From Pseudomonadota bacterium (lineage in GTDB: Bacteria; Pseudomonadota; Alphaproteobacteria; Caulobacterales; Hyphomonadaceae): DNA of 37,901 nucleotides. Position 1 is the first letter of the stretch. Every line of letters starts with the position of its first letter. Shown here piece after piece: positions 8,347-16,696 of the stretch. A model generated the notes under the pieces. That model was not told the DNA's origin. It was given only the letters and a program-made list of their open reading frames with translations, and made no database searches. The translations under genes and the position numbers were made by a program. The stretch covers positions 1 to 37,901 of the forward strand of contig JBCCZH010000001.1 of the NCBI GenBank assembly GCA_039188075.1. The letters are read 5' to 3'.

Positions 8347-8880
8347 TCATTCCTTTGAGATCGCTCTATCGGCGCTTCCGCGCCTCCAGAATAGGTCGAC
8401 CTTATGGGCACGGCCCATAAGGTCGTCTTTTTGAGTTGGGCCAAAGTACCGCCCATCGAGACTGTCAGGATGCTCGTTCAGCAAGAAAACTTGATCCGCA
8501 TTTAACGTCACGCATCCTGACCAACGCGGTAACGCTCGGCCTGTTCTGTCACTCAATTTGGTGATGCTCACGCGTTCATTATTGATCGATATCTCCGTTT
8601 CATCACGACATATCGTGTCGCCAGGAAGCGCCGAAACTTGCTTGAGAAGTGGCCAATCCTTACCAACATATCCCTGGTTTTCAGCCCACTCCGCTTCAGC
8701 GCTTGTCGCTGAGACGATGACCCAATCATCCAGTTCATATGGGCGATCGCTCAGCCAATATAGTCCGATAGGCGCGCTTTGCGTGCGATTCCAAATGAGC
8801 TTTTCCTTTGGATTCCAGATCAAAGTCAGCAAGCAAATGCCAGCCGCTACTACGGTTAGTATCGTGATACCGGTGCGCAC
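8347..8880 (-). CDS. traF: Conjugal transfer S26 peptidase TraF
   Basis: WNRTQSAPIGLY, LLKQVSALPGD, SLDGRYFGP. Confidence 0.92.
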   Translation of the reverse strand: MRTGITILTVVAAGICLLTLIWNPKEKLIWNRTQSAPIGLYWLSDRPYELDDWVIVSATSAEAEWAENQGYVGKDWPLLKQVSALPGDTICRDETEISINNERVSITKLSDRTGRALPRWSGCVTLNADQVFLLNEHPDSLDGRYFGPTQKDDLMGRAHKVDLFWRRGSADRAISKE

Positions 8881-8884
8881 TTTT

Positions 8885-9118
8885 TTAGTCTTTCAATTTG
8901 TTAGACGTAGAAGACCACCGCTGACCATTCTGCCATGCAATCAGGTCTGGTTCTGCGTAGGCAACACGCCATCCAAACTTATAGAAAATGGGCCCGCCGC
9001 CCTGACTTCGGTAATGCGCAAGTGTGCTGTAGGACAATTCTAGATACGCCGCTGCCTCGTGCGGCGTTAGCCAATCGGCCGGATTTTTGCGCTTTGATTT
9101 AAACTTCCGCTTCGCCAT
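8885..9118 (-). CDS. rdfS: RdfS-like excisionase (HTH_17/AlpA type)
   Basis: LTPHEAAAYLELSYSTLAHYRSQGGGPIFYKFGWRVAY; first gene of the rdfS-traF-rlxS cluster. Confidence 0.85.
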   Translation of the reverse strand: MAKRKFKSKRKNPADWLTPHEAAAYLELSYSTLAHYRSQGGGPIFYKFGWRVAYAEPDLIAWQNGQRWSSTSNKLKD

Positions 9119-9188
9119 CAGTTTCCCCTTATTCGCAAGCTTTCGACGATTACGATTCCAAGATCGCTTACTTAGTTATAGAGGAAAA

Positions 9189-9225
9189 ATCGCCTTCCAT
9201 GATTTTCCTTGGCGGGGTTAACCAT
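9189..9225. promoter_or_regulatory. Inverted repeat upstream of rdfS (candidate FseA box) plus TTAACCAT
   Basis: CGCC(9191-9194)-N16-GGCG(9211-9214); TTAACCAT at 9218-9225. Confidence 0.4.
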
Positions 9226-9240
9226 TAAGATTGCCACGAT

Positions 9241-9269
9241 AAGAACCGCGGTGGATCACTCCACCGCGG
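9241..9269 (-). terminator. Intrinsic terminator after the DUF736 gene
   Basis: Perfect 10-bp stem CCGCGGTGGA-N4-TCCACCGCGG followed on the minus strand by TTCTT. Confidence 0.75.
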
Positions 9270-9293
9270 CTGAATTATTTTTGAGTTTTTCCT

Positions 9294-9617
9294 TTAGTCG
9301 CGAGGGTTCCAAAGGATGACGTGTCTGCCTTTTTGCCCCTTTACCGTGGCGATGTTTGCAAAGATTTTTCTTGGTCCGATTTGCGGATCTGCGAGCGTGA
9401 TTGAAACATAATCGCGGCCCGTACTTTTGGCCTTTCTGACCCAACCACCACCGATTTCTGTACTGGTTTCTCCGGCATAGATGCGATAATCGGGTTGGCC
9501 TTCACCTTCTTTTTCAGCGTTCTTTTCAATGCGAATTGAGGTCGACAGGTTCATCATTGCAAGTGCGCCTTCAAACCCTGATTTCGTCTCTCTGACATAT
9601 CCTAGTGCATTCGCCAT
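9294..9617 (-). CDS. DUF736 family protein (copy 1)
   Basis: QPDYRIYAG..EIGGGW..GRDYVSITLADP..ILWN; AAGGAG RBS before ATG 9617. Confidence 0.88.
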   Translation of the reverse strand: MANALGYVRETKSGFEGALAMMNLSTSIRIEKNAEKEGEGQPDYRIYAGETSTEIGGGWVRKAKSTGRDYVSITLADPQIGPRKIFANIATVKGQKGRHVILWNPRD

Positions 9618-9661
9618 AAGTATACTCCTTTTCGTTTCTTTGGCTGTCGCCCGAAGAGCCT

Positions 9662-9854
9662 TCGTCCCCGTCGACGCCGGACCATCAGGCCGCCATTTGA
9701 GCCGCTTGAACCGCCAAGCGGGCGAAATGAAGTGGAGCACCGCTCCATCCAAGAAATATGCCCCGCGAGGAGCTGCGAAGCAGCGGGGATATTTCTTGGA
9801 TGGAGCGGTTTCAAGAGGAGCAGATGTCGGCCAGGTCACACGGCATGAGGACGG
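9662..9854 (+). promoter_or_regulatory. Large branched hairpin; candidate ssDNA promoter or single-strand origin
   Basis: Perfect 21-bp inverted repeat 9739-9759/9789-9809, plus outer stems 9688-9698/9822-9832 and 9662-9667/9849-9854. Confidence 0.6.
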
Positions 9855-10028
9855 TAACGGAGCCTTTTGGGGGCCAAAAACATATAAAAAAGCGAGTTAC
9901 TCTGTTGGATATCGCTTCGGTCATTTGAAGACGGAATCAAGATTGTGAGTGCGCAGTTCTTTCGTTTGTTCGGAGGTGACCATTTGCGCCCAACGAGAAG
10001 GTCAAATGGTGAAGCTTGGCAAGCAACT

Positions 10029-10292
10029 CTAGTCCGACCCTAATTCTAAGTACCGACATTGGAGAGACAGGCCCAGCGTCCATGCAGGCGCGTTCCAATT
10101 GATTTGAGAATAAGCAAAACCATCCTGGTCTCGCATTCGATCTTGGTCGGTTTCGCCTTCGTCATAGTCTCGAATTGCAATGATTGGCGCACGGCCATTC
10201 ACCCAGATTTCTGCGACCTGGCCGTTGCAGATGACTAAAGTTATGCGGGGTCTCGGCCCGAGGGTAGCAAACACTTTTTGCGACTGGTTCAT
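10029..10292 (-). CDS. Small hypothetical protein (87 aa), leading region
   Basis: ATG with GGAAAGG upstream; co-oriented with neighbouring genes. Confidence 0.6.
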   Translation of the reverse strand: MNQSQKVFATLGPRPRITLVICNGQVAEIWVNGRAPIIAIRDYDEGETDQDRMRDQDGFAYSQINWNAPAWTLGLSLQCRYLELGSD

Positions 10293-10301
10293 GGGGTATC
10301 A

Positions 10302-10500
10302 CGCCTTTCCTATTTGACATTTTCTCCGCAGGAGCGGGGTTGGGAGGTGGAAAGGCCTTGGCGCCGCCGGGCTTACAGGTCGTGGTGCAAGCGTTTTGGT
10401 ATGATGAGTTTGATTATTCAGACGGACAAAGGACCAAAGCGCTTGTAGCGCGGCCGCCCGGGGGCAGATTGGCCGTCCTCCTTCCCTCGCTCAAAAGGCG
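10302..10500 (+). promoter_or_regulatory. Long imperfect hairpin; candidate ssDNA promoter
   Basis: TGCAAGCGTTTTGGT(10386-10400)/ACCAAAGCGCTTGTA(10433-10447), GGTCGTG/CGCGGCC, CCGGGC/GCCCGG, GAGCGGGG/CCTCGCTC; G.T wobbles on the + strand. Confidence 0.6.
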
Positions 10501-10549
10501 AAAAAGCAAGAGGATCGGTGCATGATCGAGAACTGAGCAAATAGAGGTA

Positions 10550-10771
10550 TCAGCGCACGATGACGCCGTGTTTTAGCTTTTCGTAGGCCTGTATTGCCTG
10601 GTCTTCGCGATCAAAGAGATGATAGCATCCGTCAACCAAGAGACACCAATACCCGATATCTTCGGTTCTGAGCCCGGCATCTCGTACGGTTTCTTCGGTG
10701 AGTTTGAACGGCAGTCGCTGGCTCATGACTTGACAATAAGGCATGAGTCGCAGCGACTTACGAGGCGCCAA
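10550..10771 (-). CDS. Small hypothetical protein (up to 73 aa; start uncertain)
   Basis: ORF begins 17 bp after the fseA-like stop on the same strand. Confidence 0.5.
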   Translation of the reverse strand: MAPRKSLRLMPYCQVMSQRLPFKLTEETVRDAGLRTEDIGYWCLLVDGCYHLFDREDQAIQAYEKLKHGVIVR

Positions 10772-10788
10772 TGCGTTGACGTTCTCGG

Positions 10789-11628
10789 CTATGCGGCCTG
10801 CTTATTTGGCCCGAGGTGACTGCCGAGCAATTCCACGCGGAACCCGCCATCGCGCAGCCCTGTCGCTCGCGAGATCAAATAGTTGACCGAGTCGCGAATG
10901 CGCCCGCATTCCCATTCATCGGCGACGCGTTCGGCGCCATAGAGCACATTGGCAATCTCCTTGCGCGACATGCCGAGTTCCAGGCAGTCGAGCGCAATGA
11001 GGCCATCTCGCAGAATTTGAGTGCGCTTGGTCCATTTTGGCGTCTCGGCTTCTGGGTCGTTGCCAAAGACCCGCATGCCTTCTTCATGAGCTTTGACTTT
11101 ACGCTGATAACTTTCAAAGTCAGGCATAGTGAGTTCCATTTTCACCGGCTCCATCCCGAGCAAGGACAGTCCTCGACAGCGCGATTGAAAGAGACAGCCA
11201 TTTCCCCGCGTGATCAGAAACTCTCGACCCACGGAATCCGTAAAATGCGAAATCTGACAGAGCTCCACGCTTTTATCATAGATTTCGCATGTCTCGCCTC
11301 TCGCGCGCGGTAAGACATTGATCGCAACCTGGTCCGGATAGGCTTCCTTTGTCCAAACAGCATTCGCTTCTATGGCATTGCGATCCGGGTCGACCATCAT
11401 GATTAGCCCCCAGCGCTCAGCAACCGATTGTGGCACGCGTGACTTATAGACTTTGATACTGTGGCAAACCTCCATCTCAGAGATGTCGTCTGGCGAAATA
11501 GTCTTGGCATCTTCGCGATAGTCCGGGTTGCGCCGTTGATATTCCCACGCCCAGCGATCGTTCATCATACGCCAAAGGTAAGAATAGCGTTTGGTGACGC
11601 TATTTTCTTCAAGTGTGAATTTTTTCAT
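10789..11628 (-). CDS. FseA-like transcriptional activator (DUF6499-DUF2285), single ORF
   Basis: WAWEYQRRNPDY, ERWGL, C-terminal LIALDCLELGMSRKEIANVLYG..W; ATG 11628 with GGGGA RBS. Confidence 0.85.
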   Translation of the reverse strand: MKKFTLEENSVTKRYSYLWRMMNDRWAWEYQRRNPDYREDAKTISPDDISEMEVCHSIKVYKSRVPQSVAERWGLIMMVDPDRNAIEANAVWTKEAYPDQVAINVLPRARGETCEIYDKSVELCQISHFTDSVGREFLITRGNGCLFQSRCRGLSLLGMEPVKMELTMPDFESYQRKVKAHEEGMRVFGNDPEAETPKWTKRTQILRDGLIALDCLELGMSRKEIANVLYGAERVADEWECGRIRDSVNYLISRATGLRDGGFRVELLGSHLGPNKQAA

Positions 11629-11827
11629 TATCAGTCCCCGTGAATTTACATCGAACTGAGGCAACTCGTGTGCCAAATCACCGATTTTAACCAAAACTGC
11701 ATTAGAATTCGCTTTTGGTTATTGTCTTCGCAGTTTGGGAAATTCTGTTTCGAATTCAAAATCATAAGCCGGCGTGATGCTCGGTGTTTTCTGTTTGGAA
11801 CATCAAAGCGCTCCATTGTACGAGCTT

Positions 11828-11883
11828 TTGCGAGCCGTTGCCGGATATTGCGAGTACTTGCCAAGATTTGCGTGAGATTGCCG
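11828..11883. repeat. Six TTGC motifs at exact 10-bp spacing
   Basis: TTGC at 11828, 11838, 11848, 11858, 11868, 11878, alternating TTGCG/TTGCC. Confidence 0.85.
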
Positions 11884-11957
11884 CCATTTAGAATTCCGCA
11901 AGCGTGCTCGTTCGCCCAAGTTTTTGAGGTCGAAGAACTCGCCTCAGGAGCAGCCCC

Positions 11958-12956
11958 ATGTCCACGCCGGACACAATGCAGGAAACCAAAGCCCGCCGCA
12001 CAGCGATGCTGCGAACGGCGTTCTGTCAGACGGTTCGTGAGGCGCTAGAAGACCCACAGACAATTGAGGTCATGGCCAATCCGGACGGGTCTGTCTGGAT
12101 TGAGAAAGCTGGCATTGGAGTTGTCGTCACAAAAGCTTCTCTGGACGCTGCAGCGCGCGAGCGGGTAATTCGCCTTGTGGCGGCAGGCGCAGGGGACGCA
12201 CGCTTCAAAATTTCTCCTTCCATCGTCTCTGCTGAACTCCCCAGCAGCGGCGAGCGTTTTGAAGGGCTGCTTCCGCCTGTCGCCACAGCGCCTTGTTTTT
12301 CCATCCGCAAACCCGCGGCAAGCCCGTTCTCGCTCGATGATTATGTTGACCAAGGCGCGCTCTCGCCTGCGCTAGCCGCGGCGCTGCGCGCCGCCATCGA
12401 GCAACGAGACAATATCGTGATTGCAGGTGGAACTTCTTCGGGAAAAACCACTCTTACAAATGCGCTTTTGGCTGAACCAGCGTTCGAGCAGGACCGAATT
12501 GTCATTCTTGAAGACACACGTGAGCTGAATTGCCTCGCTCCAAACAAGGTTCAACTCAGAACCCATCATGGAAACGCTTCGCTTCAAGATCTTGTTCGTT
12601 CAACACTTCGTTTGCGCCCCGATCGAATCATTGTCGGCGAAGTTCGGGGCGGCGAGGCGCTCGACCTTCTAAAGGCGTGGAACACCGGTCATCCCGGCGG
12701 CATTACGACATTGCATGCAAACTCTGCGCGCGGCGCGCTTCAGCGCCTGGAACAACTTACCATGGAAGCCACGCGCCATGTGCCATTCGATCTCATCGCT
12801 AGCGCAATCGATGTGGTCGTCTTTATGAGCCGGGCAAATGGAAATCGCCGCGTCGAGGAAGCCGTGCGCGTCCTTGAATTTGATGGCGGCGACTATGTCA
12901 CCGAGCCGCTGCTCTCTCGCTCTCTTTCACTTGTTACAGAAGGACAAACGTCATGA
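11958..12956 (+). CDS. trbB: P-type conjugative ATPase TrbB (VirB11-like)
   Basis: Walker A GGTSSGKTT, LRLRPDRIIVGEVRG, WNTGHPGG. Confidence 0.96.
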   Translation: MSTPDTMQETKARRTAMLRTAFCQTVREALEDPQTIEVMANPDGSVWIEKAGIGVVVTKASLDAAARERVIRLVAAGAGDARFKISPSIVSAELPSSGERFEGLLPPVATAPCFSIRKPAASPFSLDDYVDQGALSPALAAALRAAIEQRDNIVIAGGTSSGKTTLTNALLAEPAFEQDRIVILEDTRELNCLAPNKVQLRTHHGNASLQDLVRSTLRLRPDRIIVGEVRGGEALDLLKAWNTGHPGGITTLHANSARGALQRLEQLTMEATRHVPFDLIASAIDVVVFMSRANGNRRVEEAVRVLEFDGGDYVTEPLLSRSLSLVTEGQTS

Positions 12957-13267
12957 CTCTTAAGTCGACCATTCGAACCGCGCTAGCGCTAGGGGGCGCC
13001 GCCCTACTCGCAGCGCCTGCATATGCAGCTGGCTCCGGCATGCCATGGGAAGGCCCGCTTGATCAGATCTTGCAATCGATCGAGGGTCCAGTCGCCCGCA
13101 TTGTTGCGGTGATCATAATCACATTGACCGGTTTGATGTTGGCCTTTGGCGAGACGTCGGGCGGAATGCGCAAACTGATCCAGATCGTCTTTGGTCTTTC
13201 CATAGCATTTGCTGCGACAAGCTTCTTCCTAACATTCTTCAGTTTTGGCGGCGGCGCGCTGATCTAG
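12953..13267 (+). CDS. trbC: Pilin TrbC (VirB2-like)
   Basis: GSGMPWEGPL..SIEGPVA..FGLSIAFAA. Confidence 0.95.
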   Translation: MTLKSTIRTALALGGAALLAAPAYAAGSGMPWEGPLDQILQSIEGPVARIVAVIIITLTGLMLAFGETSGGMRKLIQIVFGLSIAFAATSFFLTFFSFGGGALI

Positions 13268-13269
13268 CC

Positions 13270-13524
13270 ATGGCTGACGGTTATGAAATCCCCCTACACC
13301 GCTCGCTGACCGAGCCGATCTTGATGGCGGGCGCGCCTCGAAGTGCGGCCATTGCCATTGGCACGCTGGCTGCGGCTCTTGCCCTCGGCCTGAGACTTTG
13401 GATCCCCGGGCTCCTCCTTTGGGTGATCGGCCACTCAGCAGCCGTGTTCATGGCCCGTCACGACCCCGATTTCATGACCGTCTCCATCCGCTCCATGCGC
13501 CACAAGGAGTATCTGAAATGCTGA
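13270..13524 (+). CDS. trbD: TrbD (VirB3-like)
   Basis: PLHRSLTEPILMAGAPR..DP. Confidence 0.95.
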   Translation: MADGYEIPLHRSLTEPILMAGAPRSAAIAIGTLAAALALGLRLWIPGLLLWVIGHSAAVFMARHDPDFMTVSIRSMRHKEYLKC

Positions 13525-15968
13525 ACTTACAAGAATATTCTGACACCCCAAAACTACTTGCAGACTATCTGCCTTGGGCATGCCTGGTCGCGCCAGGTGT
13601 GGTGCTCAACAAGGATGGCAGCTTTCAGAAAGTGTTCCAATATCGCGGCCCTGATCTTGAGAGCAGCACGCAAGAGGAACTCGTCTCGATCATGGCGCGG
13701 GTCAACAATGTGCTGCACCGATTTGGGTCCGGCTGGGCGCTCTTCTTTGAAGCCCAGCGCTCGGAAGTCTATGACTATCCGGAATCTGAGTTTCCAAACG
13801 CAGCCGCCTGGCTGGTCGACGAAGAGCGCGCGCTGCAAGCCGAAGAGGCAGGCGCTCGGTTTCAAAGCAATTACTATTTGACGCTCCTCTGGCTCCCGCC
13901 AGCGGATGCAACTGGAAAAGCTGAGAAGGCTCTCATCACGCGGCCTGAAACCATTGAAGCGGAAGGATGGCGCCAGAGGCTGGAGACATTCCAGCAACAC
14001 GCTGCCCGAGTCTTCGACCTATTGAGCACATGCCTCGCTGAGATTACACCGCTCGATGATGACGGGACGCTGACATACTTGCACTCAACGGTGTCCTCCA
14101 AACGCCACCCTGTGGTGACACCTGAACTGCCAGTCTTCATAGATGCCATCTTAGCCGATGAGCCGTTCACGGGTGGTTTGGAGCCCATGATTGGCGAGGC
14201 GCACTTGCGTACGCTCACCATTCTAGGATTTCCAGCCAGCACGCTTCCAGGCATTTTGGACGAGCTTAATCGCCAGGGGTTTTCGTATCGCTGGGTCACG
14301 CGCTTTATCGCGATGGATAAGGCTGAAGCTGAAAAGCTCCTCTCTAAAAAACGCCGTCATTGGTTCGCCAAGCGAAAGTCTGTAAGCACCGTGCTTCGCG
14401 AAACGCTGTTCAATGAGCAAGCCGCTCTTGTTGATAATGATGCGGACAATAAAGCGGTCGATGCGGACGCTGCTCTTCAGGAGCTTGGCAGCGATCTCGT
14501 ATCATTTGGTTATGTCACAACAACGATCACGGTTACACACGAAGACGCCCGTATGGTCGATGAGCATCTTCGCATTGCTGAGCGCATAATAAATGGTCGC
14601 GGGTTTACGGCGATCAAGGAAACGCTCAATGCGGTCGAGGCGTGGCTCGGTTCATTGCCGGGTCATGCTTATGCAAATGTTCGCCAGCCCATTCTACACA
14701 CGCTGAACCTCGCGCATATGGTGCCGCTTTCAGCGGTGTGGGCGGGTGATGAGACGAATGATTATTTGTCCGCCCCAGCGCTTATACAGGCGCAAACGGA
14801 CGGTACAACGCCTTTCCGATTGAACCTCCATGTTGGCGATGTCGGACATAGTTTGGTCGTCGGCCCAACTGGCGCCGGCAAGTCTGTATTGCTCTCAATG
14901 CTCGCTTTGCAATGGCAACGCTATGATGGGGCCCAAGTCTTCATTTTTGACAAAGGTCGCTCGGCGCGCGCTGCAACCCTCTGCATGGGCGGGGCACATA
15001 TTGATCTTGGCAATGGCGTTGCGCCAAGCCTTCAACCGCTGAAAGATATAGACACCGAACTGGGCGCAAGTTTCGCGGCCGATTGGCTGGCGGGGCTTTG
15101 CGAAAATGAAGGCGTCACCATGACGCCAGAGCTCAAAGCGGCACTTTGGGATGCGATCCAATCGCTGGCGAGTGCGCCGGAGCAGGAACGCACACTGACC
15201 GGTCTCGCGCTTCTCCTGCAAAACGAAACCCTGAAGTCGGCATTACAACCCTTCACGCTGGATGGTCCGCACGGACGCTTGCTCGACGCTGACCATGAAA
15301 GCCTCTCGCTTGCCGATACGGTCTGTTTTGAGATGGAAGATCTGTTGCATGCTAAGGGCGCGGCCCTCCCCGTCCTGACCTATCTCTTCCACCGACTTGA
15401 AGACCGCTTTGATGGCAATCCGACTTTGCTGATCCTGGACGAAGCTTGGCTGTTCTTGGACGATCCAATGTTTGCCGCCCGAATTCGCGAATGGCTAAAA
15501 ACGCTTCGCAAGAAAAACGTTGCTGTGGTCTTTGCGACGCAATCCTTGGCGGACATTGCGGGCTCTTCCATAGCCCCGGCGCTCATCGAGAGCTGTCCTA
15601 CCCGGATCTTTCTACCGAATGAGCGCGTGCAGGAACCTCAGACGAAGGCCATCTATGAGCAGTTTGGCCTGAACGCCCGTCAGATTGAACTGATCGCTGA
15701 GGCCACGCCCAAACGAGACTACTATTACCAATCCCCGCTCGGGTGTCGCCTGTTCGAACTTGGCCTTGGTCAAATAGCGCTCGCCATTTGCGGGGCATCA
15801 GCGCCGAGAGATCAAGCACTGATGAACCGCGTGGCCGCTGAAACCACCGCTGAAGATTTCGCAGAATGCTGGCTCATCGAACAGGGTCTTCCCTGGGCGG
15901 CAGAGATTCTGAACCGCTGGCCGGGCGCAAATGCCCCTCTCCAATCCCACGCCATCGCAGCCGAATAG
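13518..15968 (+). CDS. trbE: TrbE (VirB4-like ATPase)
   Basis: LADYLPWA, GPTGAGKS, LILDEAW, LRKKN..FATQS; start MLNLQEY. Confidence 0.96.
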   Translation: MLNLQEYSDTPKLLADYLPWACLVAPGVVLNKDGSFQKVFQYRGPDLESSTQEELVSIMARVNNVLHRFGSGWALFFEAQRSEVYDYPESEFPNAAAWLVDEERALQAEEAGARFQSNYYLTLLWLPPADATGKAEKALITRPETIEAEGWRQRLETFQQHAARVFDLLSTCLAEITPLDDDGTLTYLHSTVSSKRHPVVTPELPVFIDAILADEPFTGGLEPMIGEAHLRTLTILGFPASTLPGILDELNRQGFSYRWVTRFIAMDKAEAEKLLSKKRRHWFAKRKSVSTVLRETLFNEQAALVDNDADNKAVDADAALQELGSDLVSFGYVTTTITVTHEDARMVDEHLRIAERIINGRGFTAIKETLNAVEAWLGSLPGHAYANVRQPILHTLNLAHMVPLSAVWAGDETNDYLSAPALIQAQTDGTTPFRLNLHVGDVGHSLVVGPTGAGKSVLLSMLALQWQRYDGAQVFIFDKGRSARAATLCMGGAHIDLGNGVAPSLQPLKDIDTELGASFAADWLAGLCENEGVTMTPELKAALWDAIQSLASAPEQERTLTGLALLLQNETLKSALQPFTLDGPHGRLLDADHESLSLADTVCFEMEDLLHAKGAALPVLTYLFHRLEDRFDGNPTLLILDEAWLFLDDPMFAARIREWLKTLRKKNVAVVFATQSLADIAGSSIAPALIESCPTRIFLPNERVQEPQTKAIYEQFGLNARQIELIAEATPKRDYYYQSPLGCRLFELGLGQIALAICGASAPRDQALMNRVAAETTAEDFAECWLIEQGLPWAAEILNRWPGANAPLQSHAIAAE

Positions 15969-15976
15969 GAACCTCA

Positions 15977-16696
15977 ATGATGAAACGTTTTCTAATCTCA
16001 GCCGCGATTGCAGCTTTGCCAATCTCCGTAATGGCTGCGCCGCCCGCGAGCGCCCAATTTGGCAGCGGCATCGTTTATGACCCGGCCAATCATACACAGA
16101 ACATTCTCACCGCGGTGCGCAGCCTCCAGGAGATTAACCAGCAGATCCAGCAAATCACCAATGAGATTGAGATGCTGGAAAATATGGCGCGCAATCTTCA
16201 AACCTTGGATTTGAATGTGGCGGAAGCCATCATTCGAGATCGCATTCAGCGCATCTATGATCTAATGCGTCAGGCTGAGGGCATTGGATATGGCGTCGAC
16301 GAAGTCGAACGCGAATACGAAGAGATCTACCCGGAAGACTATGGTGCGACACCGCCTGATCAACAGGTCTTAGTTCAAGATGCCCGCCGTCGCTGGCTCC
16401 AATCGCGCACCGCCTATCGCGACTCGCTCGTCACCATTGGCGCTGCGCTGGAAGACAACCAAGTTGATGCGAGCGCGATCTCAGAGCTGATTGATCGCAG
16501 CCAATCCGCGGCGGGCGCCCTCGAAGCGGCCCAAGCCGGAAATCAGATTGAGGCGATGCAGGCTCAGCAGCTCATGCAAATCGAGTCCATTTTGGCAGCG
16601 CATTACCGAGCCGAAGCTCTGGAGCGTGCCCGCGAGTTGGCTGAAGCTGAGCGAGGCCGCGCCCGGACGAGAACCTTCTTGGGAGAGTCCAACTAA
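15977..16696 (+). CDS. trbJ: TrbJ (VirB5-like)
   Basis: Signal peptide, VYDPAN..N.LTA.R.L, GALEAAQAGNQ. Confidence 0.93.
   Translation: MMKRFLISAAIAALPISVMAAPPASAQFGSGIVYDPANHTQNILTAVRSLQEINQQIQQITNEIEMLENMARNLQTLDLNVAEAIIRDRIQRIYDLMRQAEGIGYGVDEVEREYEEIYPEDYGATPPDQQVLVQDARRRWLQSRTAYRDSLVTIGAALEDNQVDASAISELIDRSQSAAGALEAAQAGNQIEAMQAQQLMQIESILAAHYRAEALERARELAEAERGRARTRTFLGESN

Noticed and set aside
9618-9948. N-terminal extension of ORF 9294..9839 and opposite-strand ORF 9529..9948
   Set aside because: They run through the hairpin (both strands give APSKKY..YFLDGA because of the inverted repeat); the RBS and family pattern place the start at 9617
11911-11934. TTCG-N16-CGAA upstream of trbB as a second FseA box
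   Set aside because: Only 4-bp arms and a different register from the rdfS motif
11668-12048. ORFs 11668..12048 (+) and 11646..11864 (-) as a copG-like gene
   Set aside because: No ribbon-helix-helix pattern; they overlap trbB or the promoter region
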